A DNA stretch of 64,000 nt from Camelus dromedarius (taxonomy: Eukaryota): assembly GCF_036321535.1 (NCBI RefSeq), contig NC_087436.1, positions 98,954,001 to 99,018,000 of the forward strand, read 5' to 3'. The notes below the pieces were generated by a model. That model saw only the letters and a list, made by a program, of their open reading frames with translations, was not told the DNA's origin and made no database searches. Shown piece by piece: positions 1 to 12,529 of this stretch. Every line of letters starts with the position of its first letter. Position 1 is the stretch's first letter. A program made the position numbers and the translations under genes.

Positions 1-1737
1 TTACCTTTGAAAGATATTAATCATATCAAATATCTCTAACAAAAGTATCTGAGATTTTAATAATTAAAACAAAACTCCTAATGATGAGTAAAAGTGTAAT
101 GTACTTGAAGGTTGAAATAAATTTGGAACAGTTTAGTTTCTGTTTACCATTTGCTTTCTTCAAGAGATATTTTTACAAAAAAGTCACTGGGTTGCCGAGC
201 TAGCCCACATAGACGATGTTATTAATATGCAATCTTCTACCTGAAGCAGTTTACATATGCAATATACAGCATCTGGACCTTGTAATTGAATTTCTGAAGT
301 TTGCAGCAGTTTGGGAAATGCATATGGGTCAGTAATCATTATCAGGACACCATCATTCATTGTACACATATAATTAATCAACTTATTAATTATAGAAAAA
401 GTCTCAGGGAAAGCCTAGCACACCTATTTCTTAAACAAATATTTTATCCTTGAGCTGTGAAAGTAGCATCTATATTAGCCCTGGCTTTAGATTACTGTTA
501 GTAATTTATTTAGGGAGTTTTTAGAACAAGGTCCATAAGAACAGTCAATATAAAAATCTTTCAGACACAGGACCCATCATATATATCCATGGAATTTAAT
601 CACTTTCTGGTTAAATCACTGCTTTGGATCTTTATCTTCTGAAGCTAATGTCAATAACACTTTATTTTTAATTTCACTAAATTCAGCCAGCTGTAGAAGA
701 ATCAAATCATGTTCTTTTTTATTATTAGTTTTGGTAGATGATTGCCAGGATAATTAGGGAAAGTAAAATATTCCTCATATTTTTTTTCTTATTACACATT
801 AGCAAGCCCAGGTTGTTTAATGGAAATACTTTATAGATGCATAAAGAAAAGAGAAAGTCTGTAAATAAATTTTCTCACTTTCTTGGCTCATTAGCTAACC
901 TGACCTAACCATTTTCTTTCCCAATTCATCAATTCCACTTTTTGCTATTTTTTCCCTCTTCCTAGCAATTCATCTTCATGTTGGACTGACTTATATTATG
1001 ACCTACAAAACTCCTTGTAGAGAGACGTACAGCATTAACATGAAAAAGCGGCTAATTGTGTAAGATAAATGCTAATCCTAAAATAATAATAAAATATCGT
1101 CGGATATCAGCTCAAGGTAGAGACAGGAAGGACTGTTAATAGAGTTGTTGTGAAATGTATGGAGATCTTAAGGAAGATGAACAGCTGTTTACTGCCTTCA
1201 CTGATGCTGGAAATAACTTAGACTTAAAATGAGAGACATGAAGAAGGGATTTCTGTCTGCAGATTTCTAACGAGATTGCTAGTCAGAGGACCATGCAGTC
1301 CATAGAATTTTATTTCTTGTTCGATGCAGCGAATATGAGATAATTTAGGGACTATTCAATTTAGAGGTAGGAGGAAGATCAATTGATGTTTTAAGGGTTC
1401 CTTTTTTTCTAACACCACATTTTCCTGACTTCTCTGGGCCTCAATTTTCCATTTCTGAGCCCCTCTGTTTTGAGATTATAAATTGCCACACAGATCAAGG
1501 CTTAAACTTCTAGCTATTTGGGCCAAAATCCTGCAGAGGATAAGCCATAGCCAAGACAAAGCTGAGCTCTGAAGTTTGAAGTTTTAGAACTGTCACTTAC
1601 ATATCACAATTAAATCCAGTTTTAAGTGCTTTTAAAAACATTTGCTTCTTTCTTATTATATAGACACTAAAAACCCTTTTGATACCCTTGAGGTACATTC
1701 CCAACTAGCAAATTTGTCCCTGTGCCTTTGGTCCATG

Positions 1738-2253
1738 TGTAGTAGAAAAGAATAAATCTGACTCCGTATTAGATCTGTTTCTTTGCCTCTAACCCTGTGC
1801 CCTGTTTCCTGGGCTTAGGCTTGCTGGTTCTGCACCTTTCGCAAAAGAATGCTGCCAACAGCCTAAAATATACAGGAGAGCCCATTCTCAAGGCTTTGAC
1901 CTTTAAGGGTATCAACACTTTTCCATTCATATAAAGATAATAAATTGCATAATAGAAATAACATTTGTCTTGTTGGAGGTTTACAGAAACACCATGACTT
2001 GACCCATGTGGACAGCTGCAGGAACAATGGATTCTGACACCAAGATGTTTGCAACAACCACACCCGCTCCTCTTTTTAGTATAAAACAAGTCTGAATTTT
2101 GACTTGGGGAAGATGGTTCTCCAGGACATTAGTCTGCCATCTTTTTAGTCTGCTGGCTTTCCTAGTAAAGTCATTATACCTTGCCCTAAAACCTTGTATT
2201 CCAGTCTATTGGCCTGTTGCATGGTGAGCAGAACAAGTTTGGACTCGATAACA
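1738..2253 (+). mobile_element. Solo ERV1-class LTR (cetartiodactyl type), 516 bp
   Basis: Starts TGTAGTAG and ends GATAACA (TG...CA). Perfect 4-bp TSD CATG at 1734-1737 and 2254-2257. TATAAAA at 2080-2086 and AGTAAA poly(A)-like signal at 2164-2169. The 3' end resembles recalled artiodactyl ERV1 LTRs. Confidence 0.88.
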
Positions 2254-3679
2254 CATGGTCATTGGTGACTTTTTGTTCTCCTCACTGTTAAGTAAATGGA
2301 TGTAGGACAGTGTGATAAGTGGTGTGAAAGTGAAGAGATTGTGGGTTAGAAGGAAGCATCTAGGCAAAGGAAGCATTTTAAATAAAATCAACACAACGTT
2401 TCAAGACGGTTATAAGGAGAAAGAAGGACAAAAAACAGACCACAAAAATCCTGTATGTTAAACTAAAAAGTTTCATGGATAGTCCTCAAGCAAATTTTAG
2501 CTATGGATTTTTTTTTTTCAAAACTAAGCTTTTGAGGACGTTTAATATGGAAATCAGATAAACAAAGAGATGGAATTCCAGTTGAAGAAGCAGTAGGGGA
2601 TCTGGAACTTCTAAATTTCAGTGGATGCTGAAACAGTTTTATGAAGCCACTTCTGTTTACATAACCAGTTTTAAAGCTCTGCTCTCAATGCTAGAAGCAG
2701 ATTTTGAAGGAGCAAAAGAGTACAATCAGATTTGCCTCCTCACCTTTATATATGCCAATATATGGTTGTTCAGGTCATATAAATATAGACCATTAGTGCC
2801 CTCATTATGAACCAGTCACACAACAGGATGCCAGTAAGTCTGAGAGGAAAAGAAGGAGATGGTCCTCTGGCCCCCTAATTACTAGGGGTGGAAGCAAGTG
2901 GGAGAGAAGGAAGTATCACTCCCCACTTCCAGGTATTTGCAGGACTGAATTAAGTCATAACATTTTGTAAGGTGGAGTAGTTTATAACACCCTGCTACTT
3001 TGACATAAATCAACAAAAAATGAATCTTAAAATTTATTTTAGTTTTAATTATCCCTTTCTTCTTGAAATACCAATCTCTATCATCTCTACTATCTTACTA
3101 TCTATTATCTTACCTTTCCCGTAAGTTTCTGCTTCTATCATGCTTCTTAATTTACTTTTTCCACCTCTATCTCTCTTTCAAGGTTAAACCTTCCTTGAAG
3201 GACAAGGGCCATAACTGACTAATATTTATATACTTACATTAACTAACAGGCAACAACAGATATTAAGTGTAAAAATATAAACATGGCATACAAGACTCTT
3301 TAATACTGGAGATGTCACACATCAGTCCAAACAAAGATGCACCTACAACTGACATTTCCCCAGTTAATGTCCCATGTCAATAAGTACAGATTTGAATGGG
3401 TTTCTAATATCTTTGCTTTGGAATCATTATAAGTATAATTTTTCAGTTTTTATTTCCAAAAACCTTTTTCGTTTTCTTTTGTTTTAATCATTTTTACTCC
3501 ATCAAAAAGCTCACTGATACTAGAGGTTTGGAACTTTGTTAGACTAGTTGAGATAATAAAGGCCTAGAACCAAGTTTAAAATTGCTTTCATGTCTGTTCA
3601 CTATTAACCAGCAGGAAAACCCTGTGCTAGGTAGCATTATTGTTCAAAATGATTACTGTCCTCTGTTGAAGTGATTCAT

Positions 3680-4460
3680 ACATTTCTGCTGAATACCACG
3701 TAACGTTCACTACTCACTGACTCCTCAGGGGAAGAATATACTTCCTCATCCCACTGTTGTCAGTCTTGAGCATGTTACAAAATTGGTGTATTAGTCTGTT
3801 CAAGCTGTCATAACAAAATACCACAAATTGGTGAGGTTGAAGCAATGAAAATTTATTTTCTTACAGTTCTGGAGGCTCAAAGTCCAAGACCAAATTTGGG
3901 CAGGTTTGGTTTCTAGTGAGGCTTCTCTTCCTGTCTTGCAGAAAGCTGACTCCTCGCTGTGTCTTCATATGACCTATTTTCCGTGGGTGTGCATCCTTGA
4001 TGTCGCTCTTTCCTTATAAGGACACCAGTCATAGTGGATTAGAGCTCTACATTTATCACCTCATTAACCTTAACTACATCCTTAAAGACCCTGTCTCCAA
4101 ATACAATTACACTGGGAGTTAGGGATTCAATATTTTGGGGGGACACAATTCAGTCCATAACACTTGGGTTAATAGACCATGAGTGAAAGTATGCACATTT
4201 TGAGTAAAAGCCTGAAGAGCCATTTCTTGACTCTACTACAGCTCTCTCCTCTCCACCTGGAGGCCAACGTGTGCTCAGAAGCACAATGTGTACTGGTGCC
4301 TCTTCACCTTAGGCTCTGGATTAAAGAGAGGATGGAACAGAGCAGCAGTCTATTGATAACTAACATATAATCAAAACAAGAAGTAAACATTTTTTCCCCA
4401 TTAATATTTTGGGAATTTCAGTTTCTTTGAAACTACGGATCAGCCTGGAAGCTAACTAAT
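3680..4460 (+). mobile_element. Old MaLR LTR (MLT1J/I-like), split by a younger MLT1 insertion
   Basis: MLT1J-like motifs (cccactgttgtcagtcttgagcatg ... aaagcctgaagagc ... atggaacagagcagcag ... aagaagtaaac) continue on both sides of the 3787-4162 element. Boundaries approximate. Confidence 0.6.
3787..4162 (-). mobile_element. MaLR LTR, MLT1A/B-like, full length
   Basis: tgtattagtctgttcaagctgtcataacaaaataccaca ... cagttctggaggctcaaagtccaag ... ggggggacacaattcagtccataaca. Imperfect 5-bp TSD ATTGG/CTTGG. Confidence 0.9.
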
Positions 4461-6170
4461 GAAGAACTTAGTATCCAGAAATAGAAAACTTTTGTTCAAT
4501 AATGAGGCTTTTGTTTTGGGGTCAAGCTCCAGGCAGCAAGGAATTTATTATTAGAGGCTGAATGAAATGCAGAGAAAAACCATTTGATAAAATTAAGTAT
4601 TTCAAAAGCAATTGATTAAGCACATGGGCATGCTGTTAGCATATTACTTGATTCCTCAATCATCATTAGCTGCATTTGAAAAGGTACCAGAAGAAAAACA
4701 GGAGGTAGAAAGTAATTGCCTGGTTAACAAGCATGTTGCCAAAACTTGATCTCCTATCCCACTTAGCGAATTAAGGACAGAGTTTTGGATGAAGTAGAAA
4801 AGGCAGCTTTATTTCTTTTCCAGGCAAAGGAGGTCACAGTCAGCTAATGTCTCCAAAACTGTGAGCCTTCACAGAGGGGAGAGAAGGTAGGGGATTTTTA
4901 TAATAAGAGTTCAAAGGGCGGTGCTGGTTTCCATAGAGATCACACACAGGTAACAGCTTGCTGCAAAGCTGTCCTTGTTTCTGCAGATGCGTCAGCCCCC
5001 TTTCTGCTGGGTATGATGTTCACTCCCATCTCGGGAACTCCTCTAACATCCTTGTGCCCAGAACAAATGTGCTTAGGAAAGGGGTCTGTGGAAAAGTGCT
5101 CTCGAGAAAAACGTGTGCGGTTTAAAGTCAGGTGGATATATGCTTCTGGCATTTTAGGAGGCAGAGGCCTGAGACCTCCTGCTGCAGCCTCTGCACAGGC
5201 TGGGGCAACAGAATACAAAAGAACCATAAGGGGCTAAAAATAACTTCAGACATGCGCAGTTGAGGTGAGTTATGAACAACAAGATAAACAAAACAGCCAA
5301 CTGCTATTTCTGAGGTGTCAGGAGCAAAATAAGGGGGATGATCTACCCAAGCTCCCCCCCAGCCCTCCAGCCTAACGCTGGTCAGCAGAAGCGTGCGAAA
5401 AGCCACTTAAACTATTATAATTAAGCATTACAAATACCATATGGTGACCGATGACAATAGGGTCCTGCTCAGTTACAAGCAAAATTACAGAGAGAGAAAA
5501 CCCAGAAATTCTGGATTTGCAGGATTAAAATGATATGTTTTTCTTATACCCAACTTCTAAAAGATCAATTAAAAATGTTTTTGAGTGGCAAAGGCTAAGT
5601 AAGACTCAGCCTTTGATTAAAAAATTAAGAGTGTAGCCTTCATATCCTTGTTGAAATCAATCAATTAAATAAGCAACATCTAGTAATTCCTTTCTGTTGG
5701 ACAAAAGGGCTCAGAGACAAGAGCCTAAGGATGTACCCTTCCTTGAAAGCCTGCTAATGTAATGAACCTGTAATTTAATTTAGTAATAGACTAGCATATG
5801 GAAAATGATCATGGATGCAACTATAGGCACAGTAAGTTGACCATAATAAAATTATTTTTTTTAAGTCATTACAGTTTTTGAAAATTATACTGCCAATAGA
5901 TGCACGATCCTGAATTAAAAGAAATTAGAATAATGTGAGACTTAAAATGACTTTTGACCCTCTTCAGATTTATCTAAGGAAGATAAAGGGAAAGGAATAA
6001 CTTCCCAGAGGTTGTAATCAAGAGCTGTGGTAAATAATGGACAGGGGAGATACTGCTGGGGACTTTTTGTAGAAACATTGACATCTCCAATAAGGTATCA
6101 GAATGATCAGATCTACCCTGGGCATTCTAGTCTACTATTTTGCGAATGGAAGTTTGTGAGTGGACTGGAG
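4461..6170 (+). mobile_element. Probable degraded MLT1 internal region, interrupted by the ERV1 LTR at 4734
   Basis: Follows the MLT1J-like LTR directly (gaacttagtatccagaa, resembling MaLR-int starts). Only weak recalled similarity downstream. Confidence 0.35.
4734..5477 (-). mobile_element. Solo ERV1-class LTR, 744 bp
   Basis: TG...CA termini (+ strand TGTTGCC...CAGTTACA). Perfect 4-bp TSD AGCA at 4730-4733 and 5478-5481. Minus-strand AATAAA at 4808-4813. The minus strand begins TGTAACTGAGCAGGACCCT. GC-richer than the flanks. Confidence 0.85.
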
Positions 6171-6176
6171 TATCTC

Positions 6177-6250
6177 TGTGTGTGTGTGTGTGTGTCTGTG
6201 TGTGTGTGTGAAAGAGTGAGAGAGAGAGAGAGACAGAGAGAGGGAGAGAG
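6177..6250. repeat. Compound (TG)n(AG)n microsatellite
   Basis: Directly visible dinucleotide runs. Confidence 0.97.
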
Positions 6251-8409
6251 AACAATTATTTTAAAGTAGACTTTTTTTATTCTTTCACAGTTTTACAATA
6301 TAGTTTGTTGTACGTAGTAGTTTTCTGAATTATTTCAATTTTACCTGTGTCAGTATTGATTTTGTTAAAATTGTTCTCTGCTTTTTCTCTTCTTCTTCTC
6401 TTAACCTCTCCAAACTTCTCCCACTTTCTCTCTCTCCCTCTCTTCCACCCTCTCTTCTTTCTCATACATGTGACATTTAGTAATACAGAAGGAAGGAAAC
6501 ATAACTAAGGGTTTCCAATAGTTTGTACAGTCCAGGTAAGCAGTTTACTTAATAAACAGGCAAACAGACAATGACCTCCATGGAGAAATCTAAAGCAGAG
6601 CCCAGGCAGAGCTCTCTGTCCATATACAGTGAAACCTTTGTTAATCCTTCTATAGAATGTTACGTTTTGTTGCTGTTTTTGTGTGTTTGTTTATTTGTTT
6701 TGAAATGTTTGGTACCTGTCTGGCTTTCAGTTGTAGCAAACTAATATTTGGATGTCCTTGGGAAAAAATTAAGATTTTTATTATATTTTTAAATCTTTGT
6801 TAAGTCCTAGTGCAAGACTCTTCAAGAGCAGGAAGCAGAACAGTGCGTGGGCTGTAGGACACAGGGTGTAAAAAGGAAGAAGGAAGATAAGAGACAGAAT
6901 GGGGAAGCCTACGTACATCTTAACCCTTGTCTTTTTCCCTGCAGTATGTTTATACATATACATTACTAAATCCCCTTGTTTTGGGAATTGTGTATATTTG
7001 AAGCCTGCTTTCAGCTTCTCATCCTCTAACACCACTTACAATTTAAGATTACATTTTTCTAAATGCATGATATAAATACTGAAATCAAAATCTAAAAATT
7101 CGTGGAGTTTCCTCACATTCTAAGTGTTTATTGTTTGTTAACTTATTTTGATATCATAGTCATGTTTAATTTATTATGCTATTAGAATGGTTTCTTAGTA
7201 TATGATGGAATATATTTAATATTGCAGAACATTGTTTTGCTAGATATCACACTGCTGAAATTGTGCTTCTAGGGAAATATTAAGCAGTCTAGTCCTCTAC
7301 AGTGTGGAGACTAATGGGAGTTCAATAAATAAAAACGGTATTACATCCCAGTTCTCTGCTACACTAAGCACACCTGAGAATCATTCTTCAACTACCTATT
7401 GAGTAAGTTGTTTATTGTTAGGGGCCTCTGTTGAAGAGGTGAGGAGTGATTGTAATTGAAGGTGTTTATCTTGGAAGGTTCTGGGAATTTGGGAAAGATG
7501 AGGTCCCAGCACTGAGCCAGTGGGAATGGAATTCAGTGATTGGAAGGTAGCATAATGGGAAATAAGATATAATGAAGGAGACAAAACCAACCGAAGTAGG
7601 GACATGGAACAGGCTTTGAACAAATGCTAGGAGAAGCAAACCAGGCTACTGAACTGACGTGTCTAAGCAATATTGTTGCAAAATTACAAAAGGTAAGTGG
7701 CTTGTTTAGAGACCATACAGGGACTTTAAGTGTTAAGTAGTAGAATCAAACTTAATAAGGCAAAAAACAAACACTGCTTTTTATCTTACAATTAGTTTCA
7801 AGATTAAATCAGACTCTTATCCTATAGTATAAGGCAAAATGATCATATACTTTAAGTTAAATATTTATCCATAACTTGTCATATACATATTGGAATTTAT
7901 AGTAACTGAGAGAATAAGTAAGATGGGCTTTGACTTTCAGGAACTTGCTTCCTGACTTAGAGGGACAGGTTTGGATGACAGATAAAAAAAGGTAAGCCAG
8001 AGATACAAAGAGAGCATCGGAGGGACCCAGTGGAAGAAGCCAGCATGTGTGGTAGATAACCCCCGATTTTTCTTGGCAGATGTGTCATTTGATATGGTCA
8101 GTAAAAAAGAATAAATATTGAAAAGTAGAAAAGTAGAAATGCTGTATGTGTATTTTACACAGGGAAAAATATTTAAACAAAGTCCTGGAAATTGAAAGGC
8201 ACAGGATATATTTATTCCAATTTGCCCCCCCCCCCTCAAGAAAAAACTCTCTCCCAAACATACATACACACCCACACAAAGACTGGGGAAACAGATTTGA
8301 GACATGATTTTTCCCTGTCATTACTATTTCTTAAATTAATAATAAGCCCTTCCTTCCTGAGCATATAAAACAGGTTAAGTCAATACAAATTTCACTCCAT
8401 TCATTACGA

Positions 8410-8735
8410 TAATTGTACATTTATTCTTTTATTCATTCAATTAACCAAAAGACATGGAGTATTTGGCATATAATAGGAAATATACAAAGTGTTGGCATGA
8501 ACAAAATAACATCCTCACTCCTCAGCTTCACTGAGCTTATATCCTACTTAGAGAGTTAGAACAACTGGTGATGGAGAGAACAGGGCTACTTGAGAAATGA
8601 CAGAGAAAGTCTTCCTGAGGAAATAACATTTAAGTGGCAATCTATAAAAACATGATGAATCATTTATGGCAAGAGCAAAGAAAAGAACAGTCCAGAAATT
8701 GGGAAGAAATGAAAAGTTGCTAGCATGAGAACACA
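8410..8735 (-). mobile_element. L2 LINE 3' fragment
   Basis: attcattcaa tail, then gagcttatatcc and gaaagtcttcctgaggaaataacatttaag (L2 antisense motifs). Continues at ~9780 after the MLT1 insertions. Confidence 0.65.
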
Positions 8736-8738
8736 TTC

Positions 8739-9282
8739 TGTGGCAAGTCACAGGCAACAACAGCCCTGGTAAATTACCTGCAGATGTGGTCACAGTACCC
8801 CACCCCTTCTGTCTCTATCTGCTGTGATCTGATACTCCAAATCTCTCCATCAAGTTGTGGAGCCTGTTTCTCCTCCACATGAATCTGGACTGGCTGTGTG
8901 ACTTTCACTGGCCAGAAGAGTATGGTGGAAGTGATTGTGTGCCAGTTCTGAGTCTAGGTCTTGACATTACAACTCATGGTCGTGGGAATCCTACTACCAT
9001 GAGAACAAGTCTGAGCTAGCCTATTGGAGGATAAAAATTTTTGTGGAACTTAGTTGATTCAGCACATATGTCACAGCTAAGGGCCAGGTCAACCAAGGTG
9101 AACTGCAGCTGACCTGTTAAATGACCATGAATGCTTGACTGAGTCCAGCTAAGATCAGTCAAGCCTTGTCCAGATCAACAGAACCACAGAGCCAACCTGT
9201 AGAATCTTGCACAACAATAAATTGCTATTTAAGCCACTAAATTTTATGGTGGTTTATTATTAACCAATAGATATTTGATACA
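8739..9282 (+). mobile_element. MaLR LTR, MLT1F-like
   Basis: tgtggc start; gaatctggactggctgtgtgacttt; ggaagtgattgtgtgccagttctgagtctagg; ends aataaattgctatttaagccactaaatttt...tgataca. Confidence 0.82.
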
Positions 9283-9319
9283 ATAACTTAAGCAATACTA
9301 TATATTTAATTTTCCATTA

Positions 9320-9720
9320 CAAGAAATTTCAGGTTGGTTTTGATGCTTACCATTGTCATTAAGGACCCAGATGTTTTCTGCCATCTTCAGCGCATCGGTT
9401 TTTGCTATTGTTTATTTATTATTTTGTCCTTACACTAGTACTCTTATAACTGCTACCTTTCAAAACATTATTTCTTTCTGTAATGGTATTCAAGACAGGA
9501 AGAAAAAAATATTTTTTCTTATTCCTATTTTGCTCAGGGAGAAAAAATAATCCTGCCATAAAGTCCCTCATTGGCCAAAATTGGGTTACCCACCCGAACT
9601 GAATTACATGTAAAAAAAAGAAAGGAAATTGACAGGCTTGTCTTATTATGATTTATTCCATGAACACGTTGCTACCCAAACAAAAGTGAATATCCAAAAA
9701 CTGAAAGAAGGTGAAAAAAG
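9320..9720 (-). mobile_element. Old MaLR LTR (MLT1K/L-like) fragment
   Basis: tgtcattaaggacccagatg ... ctgccatcttcagc ... ctcattggccaaaattgggtta motifs. Confidence 0.5.
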
Positions 9721-9779
9721 CCGATAGCTAAACAAAATAAGAATATAAAATTTAACACTTTTTTAAAGTTTCCGGTAAT

Positions 9780-10370
9780 TACCCTGTAGTCAGCATGTCT
9801 GAAAAAGCATAGTGAATAAAGGGGAAAGTGGTTTAAGATGAGCTTGAAGAAGAGGGCAGTGTCAGTTTACGTAAGAGGCCATGGGAAACATTTTGGATTT
9901 TTTTTTAAGTGTGAAGGAAAGTTATAACAGCATTAATGGTGAGTGGAGAATGGATCCAGAGCGAATAAGCACAGGAGAGCAGAAATAAAGAAATTAAATA
10001 GGAGAATATTTTCCTAACCCCGACTGAAAGAAGAGACTAGTGCGACTTGGGCTAGAGTAGTAGAAGTATAAATAGAGAAAGTGTATGGATTCAGATGAAT
10101 CTGAGCAGAAGGGGATGGATTCCTGATGAATTTTAGGGGGAGACTTGCTGAAAAATGAAAAAGCACCCTCCCTGAAGGAAACAGACCACTTAAGATTGAT
10201 TCTAATATTTGCATCACTGGAGTTCACAGCCTGACCATTCCCTAAAGCAGACTATACTGGGGCAAGGTTTGGAAGAGGGAAAGAGTGTTTTGAATACATG
10301 AAATTTAAACTATCCATTGGACATTCAAGTGGAAATGGTCAGAAAGCAATTAGGTGTATAAATTTTTATC
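9780..10370 (-). mobile_element. L2 LINE fragment
   Basis: Purine-rich L2 antisense motifs, e.g. ttttggatttttttttaagtgtgaaggaaag and ttggacattcaagtggaaatggtcagaaagcaattagg. Confidence 0.7.
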
Positions 10371-10392
10371 CGCTGAGGATTTTAGACTGGGA

Positions 10393-10937
10393 ATTCCAAT
10401 TCCATCTAGCTATATATCCAAAAGAATTGAAGGCAGGGCATTGAACAGATATTTGTATTCCAATATCCATAGCAGCGTTATTCACAATAGCCAAAAAACA
10501 AAAACAACTCAAATGTATATCAGTAGATAAACAGATAAATAAAATGTGGTTTATACATACAATGGAATATTACTCAAACTTAAAAGAGAATGAAATTCTG
10601 AAACATGCTACCAAACATGAACCTTGAAGTTTCTGTGCTAAGTGAAATAAACCAGAACCAAAAGGACAAATATTATATGATTCCACTTAAATGAGGTCCC
10701 TGGAAGAGTTACATTCAGAGACAGAAAGCAGAATGTGATTACCAGGTTCTAGGAGAAGGGAGGGATGGGGAGCTATTGTTTAATGAGGACGGAGTTTCAG
10801 TTTAGGAAAATGAAAACATTTTGGAGATGAATGGTGGTGACAGTTGCACAACAATGTAAATATAATTAATGTCACTGAATATTGCACCTAAAATCGATTA
10901 AAATAATAAATTTTATGTAGATATATTTTCATAAAAA
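10393..10937 (+). mobile_element. L1 3' end (L1MB-like)
   Basis: ttcacaatagccaaaa ... tacaatggaatattactc ... gctaagtgaaataaaccaga ... ggagatgaatggtggtgacagttgcacaacaatgt. Confidence 0.92.
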
Positions 10938-11208
10938 GAAGTTAACACAAACTGACATGGAACAATTTGGATGTGATTATTTTTCCTTCTTACTCTTTCA
11001 AAGTTGAAGTAGGCTTCAAAATTTAATGCTATTAATATTATTAAAACTAACACATGACTGACATATCACAGAGTCAAACCATATACCAAACAAGGTAAAA
11101 CTGTCAGAGTTTTTGAAATCTAAAAACTCCCCAAAGAAAAATCGAGTTTGGACTTTTTCTCTTTTACTGTATTACTTTAGTGTTAATTTGTCCTGTTACT
11201 GAGTCTTA

Positions 11209-11326
11209 ATTTTTGGGGTGAAGTAATTAGGTTCATTTATTTTTTTAGAGGAGGTACTGGGGATTGAACCCAGGACCTTGTGCATGCTAAGCATGCGCTC
11301 TAACACTTGAGCTGTACCCTCCCCCC
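11209..11326 (-). mobile_element. tRNA-Ala(AGC)-derived SINE (camelid vic-1 type)
   Basis: Minus strand GGGGAGGGTACAGCTCAAGTGTTAGAGCGCATGCTTAGCATGCACAAGGTCCTGGGTTCAATCCCCAGTACCTCC with A/B boxes, then an AAATAAATGAACCTAATTAC tail. Perfect 15-bp TSD TGTTACTGAGTCTTA at 11194-11208 and 11329-11343. Confidence 0.93.
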
Positions 11327-12529
11327 TGTGTTACTGAGTCTTATCAATTCTATTTCCACAGTATTTGTTTTGAGTCTATATTTCTTTTCTAGTCTCATTT
11401 AAACTATATATCTCCATGGAAACCATTGCTATTATCTTACTGAATCGATCACTGTTGAGAATCACTAGTTCATAAACCCTAAGATGGCTGGAACCACAAA
11501 TGGGCAGTGCGTCATTGTATTTGCAATGTCTAACACAATTCCAAATACATAATAGTTGCTTAATGAATACATGCTTTAATAAATGAACTAACCCATCAGC
11601 CTATGTTCCTACTTACTTGTCCTTATTTTATTGTTTTCTTACCACAAAATATCTTCTTGCTTTCAAATTGAGTTTTTGTGGTAGAAAAGAAAAAAATGGA
11701 AGAGAATGGACAAAACATAATACAAAAAACTAATAAGAGCCCAGTTCAAGGGGTAGCAATAAATGGGATCTTGCTGAAAAACACATGGAGCATTTCAGGA
11801 GAATCACACACTCTAAAAACAGAACAAAATCTAAGACTAACTTAAGAGAAGTGAATTTTCCTAAATATGAAAAGTAACAGTTGCACTTCACTTTACTCTG
11901 TGCTAATAAAATTATCCAGAATCTTTTGTTCAATTCTGGTCACCATGTTTGAAGTCAGGCATTGACAAAGTTCCTGAATTGAATAAAGATGGATGTATTT
12001 GCACAGTTCCAACTGAGTTTGACAAACAGGAAAGTGATGTTTGCAGAGCAGAGAAAGAATATTTGAAGTCCAGAGGAGTTGATTACACAGATGACCCCAA
12101 GAACCAAGGTGAATGAGGCTGTACATATGAGATGCACCTTTCTTTTGCACTTTCAAAACTGGAATATTGCTTTGATTGTTCTGACAAAGTACAATCATCC
12201 CCAATGGTCTTTAAATTTTCCTATTAGGATTCATAAGGTCTAGGAGGCTAGCAAGCAATTATTGTCATCTTGTGATCATTTTTATGACAATTCAACAACC
12301 CTCACTCACCTGCCCATCTGTGCTCCCATTCAAAGTCCCATACTTCTCTCCTGCATAAGCAGTTAATAACTTGCCCTCCTGCATACAGCCAGCTGTAAAC
12401 TTCCTCATCTAATATTTATAATTCAGTGGGACAGAAATGGTAAACTGTGTGGACATTTTCTAAAGTTAAATTAAGAGAATTTTAGTAATCTTATTGAGGA
12501 AGTACCAGTCTTGACAATCTTTCTGATGG

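Noticed and set aside
4940..5406. Three overlapping ORFs
   Set aside because: They lie inside a GC-richer LTR where stops are rarer; no gag/pol/env resemblance.
1738..5477. A single provirus bounded by the two ERV1 LTRs
   Set aside because: Opposite orientations, different sequences and lengths, and each has its own TSD.
11249..11326. tRNA-Ala(AGC) gene
   Set aside because: AT-rich tail, 15-bp TSD, imperfect stems and a second diverged copy at 13.5 kb show it is a SINE.
11634..11688. Hairpin ttttcttaccacaaaa...ttttgtggtagaaaa (pre-miRNA-like)
   Set aside because: Short A/T-rich stem with a bulge and a large loop; not a convincing precursor.
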